Origin: Aquabacterium fontiphilum
GTDB lineage: Bacteria > Pseudomonadota > Gammaproteobacteria > Burkholderiales > Burkholderiaceae_C
NCBI RefSeq assembly: GCF_009909205.1
Contig: NZ_JAAAPN010000005.1
Location: forward strand, 84,847-148,846
DNA: 64,000 bases
Reading direction: 5' to 3'
A program made the translations under genes and the position numbers. Under the pieces are notes generated by a model. The model worked only from the letters and a program-made list of their open reading frames with translations, was not told the DNA's origin and searched no databases. Below, piece after piece: positions 15,931 through 25,885 of this stretch (its first letter is position 1; each line of letters opens with the position of its first letter).

Positions 15931-17826
15931 TCAGCGCGCCACGGCCTCCTGCAGTTGCTGCAGCGCGGCCGGGTCTTCGATGGTGGTCAGGTCGCCTGTG
16001 GCGCGGCCTTCGCACACGGCCTGGATGGCCCGGCGCAGCAGCTTGCCCGAGCGCGTCTTCGGCAACACGTTGACGAAATGCACACGCGCCGGGCGGGCCA
16101 CCGCGCCCAACTGCCCATCGACCGTGCGCATGATCTCGGCCTCGAGCGCCGCGCGGCCGGCGTCGTCAGCCACGCGTTGCGGATCCTTGACCACCACGAA
16201 GGCGCGCGCCACCTGGCCCTTGACCTCGTCGGCCACACCCACCACGGCCACCTCGGCGACGGCCGGGTGGCTGCTCACGGCCTCTTCAATCTCGCGCGTG
16301 CCCAGGCGGTGGCCGGCCACATTGATGACGTCGTCCGTGCGGCCCAGGATGAAGTAATAGCCGTCTTCGTCGCGAATGCCCCAGTCGAAGGTGTTGTACA
16401 CCGGCTGGTTCGGGAAGGTCGACCAATAGGTCTGCACGAAGCGCCGGTCGTCGCCCCAGACGGTCTGCAGGCAGCCGGGCGGCAGGGGCCCGTCGATCGT
16501 CAGCACGCCCTTCTGGTTGGCGCCGGTCAGCGGCTCGCCCGTCTGGTCGTCGCGCAGCGTCACCTTGTAGCCCGGCATCGGCACACCCGGCGAGCCCAGG
16601 CGTGGCGCCTGATGCGGGTCCACCCCGCGTGCCAGGCTCAGAATGGGCCAGCCCGTCTCGGTCTGCCAGTAGTTGTCGATGATGGGCTTGCCGATGGCCT
16701 CACCGATCCAGCGCGCGGTGGGCTCGTCCAGCGGCTCGCCGGCCAGAAACAGGTGCTTGAGGCTGGAGAGGTCATGCCGCTTGAGGCAATCCGGATCCTG
16801 CTTCTTGAGCACCCGGATGGCGGTGGGCGCCGAGAACATCACGTTGGCGCGGTGGCGCTCGACGATGGACCACCACACGGCCGCATCCGGCCGGACGGGC
16901 AGGCCCTCGTAGACGATGGTGGTCATGCCGGCCAGCAAGGGCCCGTAGACGATGTAGCTGTGGCCCACGACCCAGCCGATGTCGCTGGTGCAGAAGAAGG
17001 TCTCGCCGGGCTGGCCGCAGTAAATCAAGTCCATCGACATGGCCAGCGCCACGGCGTAGCCGCCCGTGTCGCGCTGCACACCCTTGGGCTTGCCGGTCGT
17101 GCCACTGGTGTAGAGCGTGTAGCTCGGGTGTTCGGATGCAACCCACTCGCATGGCACCTGGGCGTCCATCACCTCGCGGCGCAGCGTGTGGAAGTCGTGG
17201 TCGCGGCCGGCCTGCAGCGGCGCGGGCGCAAGCCCACGGTCGACCACCACCACGTGTGGCACAGCATGCTGCGCCTGCTTCAGCGCCTCGTCGAGCAGCG
17301 GTTTGTAGGCAATGACCTTGCCGCCGCGCGAGCCGGCATCGGCCGTGAACACGACGGTGGGCTGCGCATCGTCGATGCGGCTGGCCAGCGCGTGGCTGGC
17401 AAAGCCTCCGAACACGACCGAGTGAATGGCCCCCAGACGCACCGTGGCCAGCATGGCCACCACCGCCTCGGGGATCATCGGCATGTAAATCAGCACCCGG
17501 TCGCCCTTGCGCACGCCCATGGCCTGCAGGATGGCGGCCGTGCGCTGCACCTCGACATACAGCTGACCGTAGCTCAGCGACCGCTCCTGCCCGGTCTCGG
17601 TGGAGATGTAGACCAGTGCGGGCTGATCGGGTCGCTGAGGCACGTGGCGGTCGACCGCGTTGTGGCAGAGGTTGGTCAGCCCGCCGGCGAACCAGCGGGC
17701 AAACGGCGGCTGGCTGTGGTCGCATACCTGCTCGAAGGGCTGGTGCCAGTCGATGCGGGCGGCTTGCTCGCGCCAGAACGCTTCCGGCTCGTCGATCGAG
17801 CGCCGGTACAGAGCGTCGTAATCCAT
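15931..17826 (-). CDS. prpE: Propionate--CoA ligase (AMP-forming acyl-CoA synthetase)
   Basis: N-terminus …YRRSIDEPEAFWREQAARIDWHQPFEQVCDHSQPPFARWFAGGLTNLCHNAVDRH… closely parallels enterobacterial PrpE. 631 aa; AMP-binding motif TSGTTGKPKG. Confidence 0.8.
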   Translation of the reverse strand: MDYDALYRRSIDEPEAFWREQAARIDWHQPFEQVCDHSQPPFARWFAGGLTNLCHNAVDRHVPQRPDQPALVYISTETGQERSLSYGQLYVEVQRTAAILQAMGVRKGDRVLIYMPMIPEAVVAMLATVRLGAIHSVVFGGFASHALASRIDDAQPTVVFTADAGSRGGKVIAYKPLLDEALKQAQHAVPHVVVVDRGLAPAPLQAGRDHDFHTLRREVMDAQVPCEWVASEHPSYTLYTSGTTGKPKGVQRDTGGYAVALAMSMDLIYCGQPGETFFCTSDIGWVVGHSYIVYGPLLAGMTTIVYEGLPVRPDAAVWWSIVERHRANVMFSAPTAIRVLKKQDPDCLKRHDLSSLKHLFLAGEPLDEPTARWIGEAIGKPIIDNYWQTETGWPILSLARGVDPHQAPRLGSPGVPMPGYKVTLRDDQTGEPLTGANQKGVLTIDGPLPPGCLQTVWGDDRRFVQTYWSTFPNQPVYNTFDWGIRDEDGYYFILGRTDDVINVAGHRLGTREIEEAVSSHPAVAEVAVVGVADEVKGQVARAFVVVKDPQRVADDAGRAALEAEIMRTVDGQLGAVARPARVHFVNVLPKTRSGKLLRRAIQAVCEGRATGDLTTIEDPAALQQLQEAVAR

Positions 17827-17957
17827 GCAGAGGGCTCCCTGGCGCCTGCGCGCCTTGTGTCTTGTATGGGACCCATGCTAGGGGGGATCACCCCCCTTGA
17901 ACACGGGGGAAGCCCGGGAATGTCAGGATGCCGACGTTTTGAACCCGCTTGGCGGCC

Positions 17958-18140
17958 TCACACCAGCGCGGCGCGGCGCAAGACCCAGATGGCCGCAAAT
18001 GCCATCAGCAGCACCAGGCCCCATTTCACCGGCACCATGGCCCGCTGGCGCCACACCGGCTGGCCGGTGAGCGTGTACAGCGCCATGCACACCAGGAAGG
18101 CGAGCAGGATCAGGAAGCCGGCTGTGCGCAACAACAACAT
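17958..18140 (-). CDS. Small two-helix membrane protein (60 aa) between lpxC and prpE
   Basis: MLLLRTAGFLILLAFLVCMALYTL…WGLVLLMAFAAIWVL, strongly hydrophobic; weak RBS. Confidence 0.4.
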   Translation of the reverse strand: MLLLRTAGFLILLAFLVCMALYTLTGQPVWRQRAMVPVKWGLVLLMAFAAIWVLRRAALV

Positions 18141-18147
18141 GGCGAGG

Positions 18148-19083
18148 TCACCACGCCGGGGCCAGTTCGGCCATACCGCGCGGTGCCTGCCGCTCGTCTT
18201 CGAACGAGGCGATCTCGTACGCGTCGGGCTGGGCCAGCAAGGCGCGCAGCAACTGGTTGTTCAGTGCGTGGCCGGATTTGTAGGCCGTGTAGGCGGCCAG
18301 CAGCGGGTGGCCCACGACGTACAGGTCGCCGATGGCATCCAGGATCTTGTGCTTGACGAACTCGTCGTCATAGCGCAGCCCGTCGGCGTTGAGCACGCGG
18401 TAGTCGTCCACCACGATGGCGTTGTCCATGCTGGCGCCCAGACCCAGGCCGCGTGAGCGCATCATCTCCACGTCTTTCGTGAAGCCAAAGGTGCGCGCGC
18501 GGGCGATGTCGCGCTTGTACTGGCCGCTGCCGAAGTCGAACTCGACACGCTGGCCCGTCTGGTCCACTGCCGGGTGGTCGAAATCGATCTCGAAGGCCAG
18601 TTTGTAGCCGTGATAGGGCTCCAGCCGGGCCCACTTCAGCGTGCGGCCTTCGCCCTCGCGCACCTCGATCGGCTTGAGCACGCGGATGAACTTCTTGGGC
18701 GCCTTCTGCAACTCGATGCCGGCGCTTTGCAGCAGGTACACAAACGCGGCCGACGAGCCATCGAGGATGGGGACCTCTTCGGCGGTGATGTCGACGTAGA
18801 CGTTGTCCAGCCCCAGGCCGGCGCAGGCCGACATCAGGTGCTCGATCGTGTTGACCTTGGGCGCTCCAGGGTCGCCGCCGGGTGAGATGGTCGTGGCCAT
18901 GCGCGTGTCGCACACCGAGCCCGGGTTGACCGGGATGTCGACCGGTTGTGCCAGATCCACCCGGCGGAACACGATCCCGGTGTCCGGCGGCGCCGGTCGC
19001 AGCGTGAGTTCGACGCGCTGGCCACTGTGCAGGCCCACGCCCACGGCCCGGGTCAGCGACTTGAGGGTGCGTTGTTGCAGCAT
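18148..19083 (-). CDS. lpxC: UDP-3-O-acyl-N-acetylglucosamine deacetylase
   Basis: [32 protein letters not shown]… matches the LpxC N-terminus (E. coli [21 protein letters not shown]…). Start at Met16 of the track ORF. Confidence 0.9.
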   Translation of the reverse strand: MLQQRTLKSLTRAVGVGLHSGQRVELTLRPAPPDTGIVFRRVDLAQPVDIPVNPGSVCDTRMATTISPGGDPGAPKVNTIEHLMSACAGLGLDNVYVDITAEEVPILDGSSAAFVYLLQSAGIELQKAPKKFIRVLKPIEVREGEGRTLKWARLEPYHGYKLAFEIDFDHPAVDQTGQRVEFDFGSGQYKRDIARARTFGFTKDVEMMRSRGLGLGASMDNAIVVDDYRVLNADGLRYDDEFVKHKILDAIGDLYVVGHPLLAAYTAYKSGHALNNQLLRALLAQPDAYEIASFEDERQAPRGMAELAPAW

Positions 19084-19145
19084 GGGAGGGATTATCCCAG
19101 CGAAGCCCGGCGCGTGCACGGCGGGCACGCTATGGCCGTCATAGC

Positions 19146-20345
19146 CTAGAGCGTGTGCGTCCGGTCGCCATGTGCGAACCCGATGGCGTCAAACCACGGC
19201 CCTTTCACGAAGCCGATCACCTTGAACAGCTCGCCCATTTCGTGCTCGGCCACGAGCATCTGCAGGGCGTTACGCGCCTTCAGATCAGCTGCGGTGCTGG
19301 CATCACCTGTGCGCGCCAGCGCCTCGCCCAGGCCGCAGTTCATCAGAAAGCGCCCCTGGCTGGTGTAGCCCAGCACCTCCCAGCCGCCCTCCTGTCCGGC
19401 CAGCGCAATGCCGGTGAAGTTGACGTGGGCGGTGATGTCCTTCTCGCCGACCTGGCTCAGCGGATCCGGGTCGCTGCGGTGGGCGTGGTGGCACATCAAC
19501 GTCCCGCCGGTGCGCTGGGGCAGGTAGTACTCGGCTTCCGGAAAGCCGTAGTCCACGAAAAAAGCCGCGCCGCGTGTCATCAGCTGCGCCAGCGTGGTCA
19601 CGAAGGCTTCGGCCTGGCCGTGGGTCTCGGTCACCGTGCCGGGGGCGAACGCCTCGTCGCTGTGCTCGGTCGGGGGGCGCACGCCAGCCGGGGCGGGCCG
19701 GTCGGCCCATACAAAGGTCGGCGTCTCGGCTTGCGCATCAGCGGCCGTGGCGTCGGCCAGCGCCACGCCGCGCTCCTGCCAGACCTCGCCGTTCCAGGCC
19801 AGCAGGTGCACCGGCATGGCGTCCAGCACCTCGTTGCCCACGATCACGCCTTCCAGCGTGTCGGGCAGGCTGTCGGCCCAAACCACCTTGTGAACCAGTT
19901 CAGGGTGGCGCTTGAGCAGGCGCTGGTGCTGGCGGTCGCGCAGCGTGCCTGACAGGTCGACGATGGTGTAGCGCTGGATGCGGTCGCCCAGCTCACCCAA
20001 CAGCTGCTCGGCCAGCGCGCCGCTGCCGGCGCCGAACTCCCAGATCTCGTCGGTGCCGGTGGCGTCCAGCGCCTGCGCCACCTGGCGGGCCAGCACCTCG
20101 CCGAACAATGGCGTCAGTTCCGGGGCGGTGACGAAGTCGCTGCCATCCTGCGGCATCTGCCCCAGCACGCGGCGACCGCCGCTGTAGTAGCCCAGCCCAG
20201 GTGCGTACAGCGCCAGTTCCATGAAGCGCTCAAAGCGCATCCAGCCACCGCGTTCGCGGATCTCGTGGGCAATCAGCAGTGCCAACGGATGGGCGGAGAC
20301 TGGTGCGGCCACTACACTCGGGCCAGTTGTGCTTGGGCGTTGCAT
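19146..20345 (-). CDS. Class I SAM-dependent methyltransferase, COG1565/DUF185 (MidA/NDUFAF7-like)
   Basis: …[18 protein letters not shown]… and the [13 protein letters not shown]-binding motif; 399 aa. Confidence 0.7.
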   Translation of the reverse strand: MQRPSTTGPSVVAAPVSAHPLALLIAHEIRERGGWMRFERFMELALYAPGLGYYSGGRRVLGQMPQDGSDFVTAPELTPLFGEVLARQVAQALDATGTDEIWEFGAGSGALAEQLLGELGDRIQRYTIVDLSGTLRDRQHQRLLKRHPELVHKVVWADSLPDTLEGVIVGNEVLDAMPVHLLAWNGEVWQERGVALADATAADAQAETPTFVWADRPAPAGVRPPTEHSDEAFAPGTVTETHGQAEAFVTTLAQLMTRGAAFFVDYGFPEAEYYLPQRTGGTLMCHHAHRSDPDPLSQVGEKDITAHVNFTGIALAGQEGGWEVLGYTSQGRFLMNCGLGEALARTGDASTAADLKARNALQMLVAEHEMGELFKVIGFVKGPWFDAIGFAHGDRTHTL

Positions 20346-20371
20346 GCCCCATTGTAGAAAGCCTGATTGCC

Positions 20372-21169
20372 ATGTCGGAACACGCTGACTCTCCTGCCGG
20401 TCATCCTGTTGTGCTGGTCACTGGCGCGGCCAGGCGCCTGGGGCGTGACATCGCGCTGGCGCTGGCGCGCCAGGGATGGGATGTCGCGGTGCATTGCCGC
20501 CATTCGCGGGCCGAGGCCGACGAGACGGCTGCCGACATCCGGGCGCTCGGGCGCCGCGCGGCCGTGCTGCCCGCCGATCTGGGCGACGAGGCCGCTGCCC
20601 GCGCCCTGGTGCCGCAGGCGGTGCAGGCGCTCGGCCGGCTCGATGCCGTGGTCAACAGCGCCTCGACCTTCGAGTACGACTCGGCAGCCACTTTCAGCTA
20701 CGCCATGCTCGAGAAGCACCTGCGCGCCAACACCGCGCCGGCCATCGTGCTGGCCCAGGCTCTGGTTGAACATCTTGCGCAGCGTGAGGCGCAGACCACC
20801 CGCGTGTGCGAGGGCGCCGTGGTCAACCTGCTTGATCAAAAACTGTGGAACCCCAACCCTGACTTCCTGAGCTACACGCTGTCGAAGGCGGCCCTGGAAT
20901 CGGCGACCACCTTGCTGGCGCTGGCGCTGGCGCCCCGTGTACGGGTGGTGGGTGTGGCCCCCGGCCTGACGCTGACGAGCGACTGGCTCAAGGGCGAGGC
21001 GTTCGAACAGGCCCACAAGTTGTCGCCATTGCGGCGGTCATCGTCCCCACAGGATGTGGCCGCCACGGTGGCCTTTGCGCTGCACAACCGCTCGATCACC
21101 GGCACGACGCTGCTGGTGGATGGCGGGCAGCATCTGCAGCGCTTCGAGCGCGATTTTTCGATGATGTGA
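20372..21169 (+). CDS. Short-chain dehydrogenase/reductase, pteridine reductase-like (FolM/PTR1-type)
   Basis: VLVTGAARRLGRDIALALARQGWDVAVH… Rossmann motif, YxxxK (YTLSK). Immediately followed by folB. Start at Met32 of the track ORF. Confidence 0.7.
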   Translation: MSEHADSPAGHPVVLVTGAARRLGRDIALALARQGWDVAVHCRHSRAEADETAADIRALGRRAAVLPADLGDEAAARALVPQAVQALGRLDAVVNSASTFEYDSAATFSYAMLEKHLRANTAPAIVLAQALVEHLAQREAQTTRVCEGAVVNLLDQKLWNPNPDFLSYTLSKAALESATTLLALALAPRVRVVGVAPGLTLTSDWLKGEAFEQAHKLSPLRRSSSPQDVAATVAFALHNRSITGTTLLVDGGQHLQRFERDFSMM

Positions 21170-21182
21170 GAGGCCCTGCGCC

Positions 21183-21554
21183 ATGTCCCTGACCAAAGGC
21201 AACCAGACCCTGACCCTGACCGGCCTGCGCTTCAACGCCAGCCTGGGCGTGCTCGACCACGAGATCGACGCACCCCAGCCCATCATGGTCGATGCCGAAC
21301 TGAACATGGGCAGCCAGCCGCTGCTGCCGCACGACGACGAGATCCTCAATGTGCTCGACTACCGCAAGGTGCGCAGCATCATCATCGAGGAGTGCACGTC
21401 CGAGCATGTCAACCTGCTGGAGACGCTGATCGGCAAGCTCTGCAAGCGCCTGATGGACTTGCCGGGGGTGCTGGGGGTGCGGGTCAAGATCGCCAAGCTG
21501 GAGATTTTTGACGACTGCGAGGTGGCGATTCGGATGGAAACGGGGCAGTGGTGA
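21183..21554 (+). CDS. folB: Dihydroneopterin aldolase
   Basis: 123 aa, MSLTKGNQTLTLTGLRFNASLGVLDHE… typical FolB fold length and motif (…LDYRKV…). Confidence 0.75.
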   Translation: MSLTKGNQTLTLTGLRFNASLGVLDHEIDAPQPIMVDAELNMGSQPLLPHDDEILNVLDYRKVRSIIIEECTSEHVNLLETLIGKLCKRLMDLPGVLGVRVKIAKLEIFDDCEVAIRMETGQW

Positions 21555-21565
21555 GCTTTGTGCAG

Positions 21566-21783
21566 GACGTTTGGCGTGGGTAGCCAACGACGCTCATGTC
21601 CTCCGCCCCGGCTTTGCCGGGGCTCCCCCTTTACTTCGCTCTGTTGGCTACCCACGCCAAACGTCTTGCGGCGCTCTGGCAGCCCTCGCCCCACCGCGCG
21701 GTGGGAGGAACAGGGGCTCGGGGTGCAGGGCGTAGCGAAGTAAAGGAGGAGGGCGGGCGCAGCCCGTCCGGGGGACATGAGCG
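21566..21783. repeat. REP/MITE-like nested inverted-repeat element in the folB-ttcA spacer
   Basis: Perfect 23-bp inverted repeat gacgtttggcgtgggtagccaac (21566-21588) / gttggctacccacgccaaacgtc (21642-21664) enclosing hairpin ccccggctttgccgggg. A second diverged inverted copy of the inner segment follows (cgctcatgtcc 21590-21600 pairs with ggacatgagcg 21773-21783; ccctttacttcgct 21628-21641 pairs with agcgaagtaaagg 21733-21745). Confidence 0.75.
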
Positions 21784-21871
21784 CAGCCCTGTATCCCGAG
21801 TCCCTGTTCCGTTTTTCGCCTCCCAATCACCCCGTTGCCCGTTTTGCCAGTAGATCGGCGAAAATCTCGGG

Positions 21872-22846
21872 ATGAACGACGCCGTAGCTCCCCACATCCT
21901 CTCCTCGCCTGACGAAGAGGCCAAGGCGAAAAAGCACGCCTTCGAGATGAACAAGCTCAGCAAGCGCCTGCACCGCGAGGTGGGACAGGCCATTGCCGAC
22001 TACAACATGATCGAAGACGGCGACAAGGTCATGGTCTGCATGTCGGGCGGCAAGGACAGCTACGGGATGCTCGACATCCTGATGAACCTGCAGAAGCGCG
22101 CACCGATCCGCTTCGAACTGGTCGCCGTCAACCTCGATCAGAAACAGCCCGGTTTCCCCGAGCATGTGCTGCCCGAGTACCTGACCCAGGTCGGCGTGCC
22201 CTTTCGCATCGAAGAGCAGGACACCTACAGCGTGGTCAAACGCGTGGTGCCCGAGGGCAAGACCACCTGCTCGCTGTGCTCGCGGCTGCGACGCGGCATC
22301 CTTTACCGTGTCGCCACCGAACTGGGCTGCACCAAGATCGCGCTGGGCCACCACCGCGACGACATCCTGCAGACCATGTTCATGAACATGTTCTTTGGCT
22401 CCAAGCTCAAGGGCATGCCGCCCAAGCTCGTGACCGACAACGGCGAGCACGTGGTCATCCGGCCCATGGCCTACTGCCGTGAAAAAGATCTGGCCACCTA
22501 CGCCGAACACCGCCAGTTCCCGATCATCCCGTGCAACCTGTGCGGCAGCCAGGAAGGGCTGCAGCGCCAGCAGATGCGCGAGATGATCAACGACTGGGAT
22601 GCCCGCTTCCCGGGTCGGGTCGACAACCTGTTCACGGCGCTGGCCAACATCGTGCCTTCGCACCTGATGGACCGCAGCCTGTACCCGTTCGAGACGATCA
22701 AGGCCACTGGCACGCCGGTGAAGGGCGGCGACATCGCCTTTGATGAAGACGAGGACGACTGTGGCTCGCATGAGGCCCCGCGCGACGGGTTGCCCGCGCA
22801 GGCCACCATCTCGCTGGATGCGCTCAAGCGCAAGAAAGAGGCCTGA
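21872..22846 (+). CDS. ttcA: tRNA 2-thiocytidine(32) synthetase
   Basis: PP-loop SGGKDS, CxxC pairs (CSLCSR, CNLCGSQ); 324 aa. Confidence 0.9.
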   Translation: MNDAVAPHILSSPDEEAKAKKHAFEMNKLSKRLHREVGQAIADYNMIEDGDKVMVCMSGGKDSYGMLDILMNLQKRAPIRFELVAVNLDQKQPGFPEHVLPEYLTQVGVPFRIEEQDTYSVVKRVVPEGKTTCSLCSRLRRGILYRVATELGCTKIALGHHRDDILQTMFMNMFFGSKLKGMPPKLVTDNGEHVVIRPMAYCREKDLATYAEHRQFPIIPCNLCGSQEGLQRQQMREMINDWDARFPGRVDNLFTALANIVPSHLMDRSLYPFETIKATGTPVKGGDIAFDEDEDDCGSHEAPRDGLPAQATISLDALKRKKEA

Positions 22847-22847
22847 C

Positions 22848-23450
22848 ATGTGGATGCGCCGCCTGTTCCTGCTGACCGTGGTGCTGGCCCTGAGTGGCTG
22901 CGCCAGTCTCAACCAGTTCAGCAGTCAGGTGAGCACGCATGGCAGCTGGCCGCAAGGGCGCGCCCCGGGCAGCTACGCCTTCGAGCGCCTGCCCTCGCAG
23001 GCCGCCCAGCCTGCGCTGCAGGATCAGTTGGAAGCGGCCGCGCGCCCGGCCCTGCAGGCCGCCGGCTTCACCGAAGCGCCCGATGCGAAACAGGCCTCGG
23101 TCGTGGTGCAACTGGCCGCGCAAGTGCAGGTCGAGCCCCGGCCGCCGCTGGACAATTTCTGGTACCCCTATGGCCGATGGGGCTGGGGTGGCTTCTGGGG
23201 GCCTGGCCGCAGCGGCATGGCGCTCAGCCTGCACATGGAGCCGCCTTACGTGCAGATGTCCGTCAGCCTGTTGATCCGCGACCGTCAGACCCACGACGTG
23301 CTGTACGAGACCCGCGCCCGACATGACCGGCTCGGGGCGGTGGACGCCCGTCTGTACCCGCTGCTGTTCGAGGCCGCGCTCAAAGACTTTCCACAGGTGG
23401 CGGTCAGCCCGCGCACCGTCACACTCACGATTCCACCGCAGTCCCGCTGA
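22848..23450 (+). CDS. Lipoprotein (DUF4136-like); start follows the ttcA stop by 1 nt
   Basis: MWMRRLFLLTVVLALSGCAS gives a signal peptide plus LSGC lipobox. Start at Met37 of the track ORF. Confidence 0.7.
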   Translation: MWMRRLFLLTVVLALSGCASLNQFSSQVSTHGSWPQGRAPGSYAFERLPSQAAQPALQDQLEAAARPALQAAGFTEAPDAKQASVVVQLAAQVQVEPRPPLDNFWYPYGRWGWGGFWGPGRSGMALSLHMEPPYVQMSVSLLIRDRQTHDVLYETRARHDRLGAVDARLYPLLFEAALKDFPQVAVSPRTVTLTIPPQSR

Positions 23451-23459
23451 GCAGTTTTC

Positions 23460-24854
23460 ATGACCCTTTCCATCGTCATCATGGCCGCGGGCAAAGGCAC
23501 CCGCATGAAGTCGTCGCGGCCCAAGGTGCTGCATGCGCTGGCCGGCCGGCCCATGCTGGCGCATGTCGTTGACACGACCGCCACGCTGGCGGCCACGCAG
23601 CAGATCGTCATCACCGGCCATGGTGCCGAGCAGGTCGAGGCCACGATGCGGGTCGCCTGCGCCGAAGCGCCGCTGCAGTTCGTACGCCAGGAGCCGCAGC
23701 TTGGTACGGGCCACGCCGTGCAGCAGGCCGTGCCGGTGCTGCCCGATGAGGGCATCACGCTCATCCTCAACGGCGACACCCCGCTGATCGCGGCACGCAC
23801 GGCCCGGGCGCTGATCGAGGCGTGTGCCGGTGAGCGGCTGGCCTTGCTCACCATGTCGCTGGACGATCCGACCGGTTATGGCCGCATCGTCCGCGACGGC
23901 TGGGGCGAGCAGGTATTGGCCATCGTCGAGCACAAGGACGCCACCGAGGCCCAGCGCGCGCTCAACGAGGTCTATACCGGCGTCATGGCCGCGCCCACGC
24001 GCCTGCTCAAGGGCTGGTTGGCTCGCCTGACCAACGACAACGCCCAGCGCGAGTACTACCTCACCGACGTGGTGGCCATGGCCTGCCGCGACAAGGTGCC
24101 CGTGGTGGCGGCCCACCCGCAAAGCGAAGTTGAGGTGCTCGGGGTCAACAGCCCTGCGCAGCTGGCCGAGCTGGAGCGGCGCTACCAGCGCGTTCAGGCC
24201 GAGCGCCTGATGGAGCAGGGCGTGCGCCTGGCCGACCCGGCACGCTTCGACCTGCGCGGCCGCCTGCACTGCGGGCAGGACGTCGACATCGATGTCAACT
24301 GCGTGTTCGAAGGCGATGTGCAGTTGGGCGACAACGTGCGCATCGGCGCCCACTGTGTCGTTCGCAACGCGGTGATCGAGGCCGGCGCCGTCATTCACCC
24401 CTTCACGCACATCGACGGCGACAAGGATGGCGTCACCGTGGGTGAGGGCGCGCTGATCGGGCCCTTCGCCCGCCTGCGCCCGGGTGCCCGCCTGGGCCCC
24501 GAGGTGCACATCGGCAACTTCGTCGAGGTCAAGAACAGCACGCTGGCGCGCGGCGCCAAGGCCAACCACCTGGCCTACCTGGGCGACGCCACCGTGGGCG
24601 AGCGGGTCAACTATGGCGCGGGCGCCATCACGGCCAACTACGACGGCGCCAACAAACACCGCACCGTGATCGGCAACGATGTGCACGTGGGCAGCAACTG
24701 CGTGCTGATTGCGCCCATCACGCTGGGTGACGGCGCGACCATCGGCGGCGGCAGCACCGTCAGCAAGGATGCGCCCGCCGGCCAACTCACCGTGGCGCGC
24801 GCCAAGCAGGTGTCGCTCAGCGGCTGGACACGGCCGCGCAAGACCCGCGACTGA
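23460..24854 (+). CDS. glmU: Bifunctional UDP-N-acetylglucosamine pyrophosphorylase / glucosamine-1-phosphate N-acetyltransferase
   Basis: MTLSIVIMAAGKGTRMKSSRPKVLH… and C-terminal left-handed beta-helix hexapeptide repeats; 464 aa. Confidence 0.95.
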   Translation: MTLSIVIMAAGKGTRMKSSRPKVLHALAGRPMLAHVVDTTATLAATQQIVITGHGAEQVEATMRVACAEAPLQFVRQEPQLGTGHAVQQAVPVLPDEGITLILNGDTPLIAARTARALIEACAGERLALLTMSLDDPTGYGRIVRDGWGEQVLAIVEHKDATEAQRALNEVYTGVMAAPTRLLKGWLARLTNDNAQREYYLTDVVAMACRDKVPVVAAHPQSEVEVLGVNSPAQLAELERRYQRVQAERLMEQGVRLADPARFDLRGRLHCGQDVDIDVNCVFEGDVQLGDNVRIGAHCVVRNAVIEAGAVIHPFTHIDGDKDGVTVGEGALIGPFARLRPGARLGPEVHIGNFVEVKNSTLARGAKANHLAYLGDATVGERVNYGAGAITANYDGANKHRTVIGNDVHVGSNCVLIAPITLGDGATIGGGSTVSKDAPAGQLTVARAKQVSLSGWTRPRKTRD

Positions 24855-24958
24855 GCGGGCGGATGAGTGGGATCCCGCTGGGACGACGGGTAGCCAGCCG
24901 GTAAGATTGACAGATTGAACGCCCCGGAGACGGGCTCTGTAACTGGAAGTTTCGTGCC

Positions 24959-25837
24959 GTGAACCATTACGAACGCCTGAAAGTGTCGCGCGATGCACCG
25001 CCCGAGGTCATTCGCGCCGCTTACCGGGCACTGGCCACCAAACTGCACCCCGATCGCGCGGGCGCAGACACGGGGCCGGATGACGACCAGCACGCCCAGA
25101 TGGCGGCGCTGAACACGGCTTACGAAACGCTGATGGACGCCCGTGCGCGCCAAGCCTACGACCAGGCGCTGGACGTGGGCTCGAGCGCGTCAGCAGGGTG
25201 GTCTGCGGGGCGGACGGCCGGGCCGTCTTCGGCCGACCGAGAGCGTGCCGAACGCGCGGATCGCGCTGAACGCCCGGATCGCGCCCGTGGCAAGCGCAAG
25301 GAAACGGATGCCGACGAAGAGGCCAACGGCCCCAGCACCCGTGTCGACATGGATTGGCTCACCCCGCGTGCTGCCGAGGCGCGCACCCTCTGGCCCCCGA
25401 GCCCGCGCCTGGCCATGGCCGGCGGCGGCGTCGGTGCGCTGCTGGTCCTGGGGCTGGTGGGCTGGCTGTGGCAGATGTGGGGCCAGCACCAGATGGAGCG
25501 GGCGCTGTCGCATCAGTATGCGAGCCGCCCTGTGGCCGTGGAGGCCAACAACCCTCCGCCTGATCTGCTCACCCGCCAGGCCACCGGGATGACGCCCCCC
25601 GCGCCAGCGCGGCCCGTGCCGCCCGGCGGCCAGCCGCCGACGGTGGAAGAGCTTTCGCGCATGAGCGACGAAGAGCTGCTCAGCGCCTTGCCGGCCCTGG
25701 ATGGCGCCATGCCCGTGGCCACAACCCGCATGCCCTCGCTCATCGTGCCGGGACGCGACCGCCCGCATCCGCTGGATGGCGGCGCGCCGCTGCGCTTGCG
25801 GGCCGATCAGGATCTGGTCGATCCGCTGGCGCCCTGA
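24959..25837 (+). CDS. J-domain (DnaJ-like) protein with a central TM segment and Pro-rich C-terminus
   Basis: MNHYERLKVSRDAPPEVIRAAYRALATKLHPDR (J domain with HPD), then hydrophobic LAMAGGGVGALLVLGLVGWLW. Confidence 0.75.
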   Translation: MNHYERLKVSRDAPPEVIRAAYRALATKLHPDRAGADTGPDDDQHAQMAALNTAYETLMDARARQAYDQALDVGSSASAGWSAGRTAGPSSADRERAERADRAERPDRARGKRKETDADEEANGPSTRVDMDWLTPRAAEARTLWPPSPRLAMAGGGVGALLVLGLVGWLWQMWGQHQMERALSHQYASRPVAVEANNPPPDLLTRQATGMTPPAPARPVPPGGQPPTVEELSRMSDEELLSALPALDGAMPVATTRMPSLIVPGRDRPHPLDGGAPLRLRADQDLVDPLAP

Positions 25838-25885
25838 CCCCGAACCCATAGACCTCTCTGACCCCCTGAAGCGGGAGACATCTGC

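Noticed and set aside
15721-18456. 911-aa plus-strand ORF (and 16772..17725 minus ORF in another frame) overlapping prpE, lpxC and the small membrane gene
   Set aside because: It runs antisense to or out-of-frame with prpE, which has unmistakable PrpE homology. Its composition is Arg/Ala/Gly/His-biased nonsense typical of high-GC antisense frames.
21359-21993. Cluster of 60-160-aa ORFs on both strands between folB and ttcA
   Set aside because: They tile the REP-like inverted-repeat element, and the translations mirror each other because of the palindromes. This is a non-coding repeat region.
25838-25885. glmS ribozyme upstream of glmS
   Set aside because: The 48-nt leader is far too short for the about 170-nt glmS ribozyme, which is in any case characteristic of Gram-positive bacteria.
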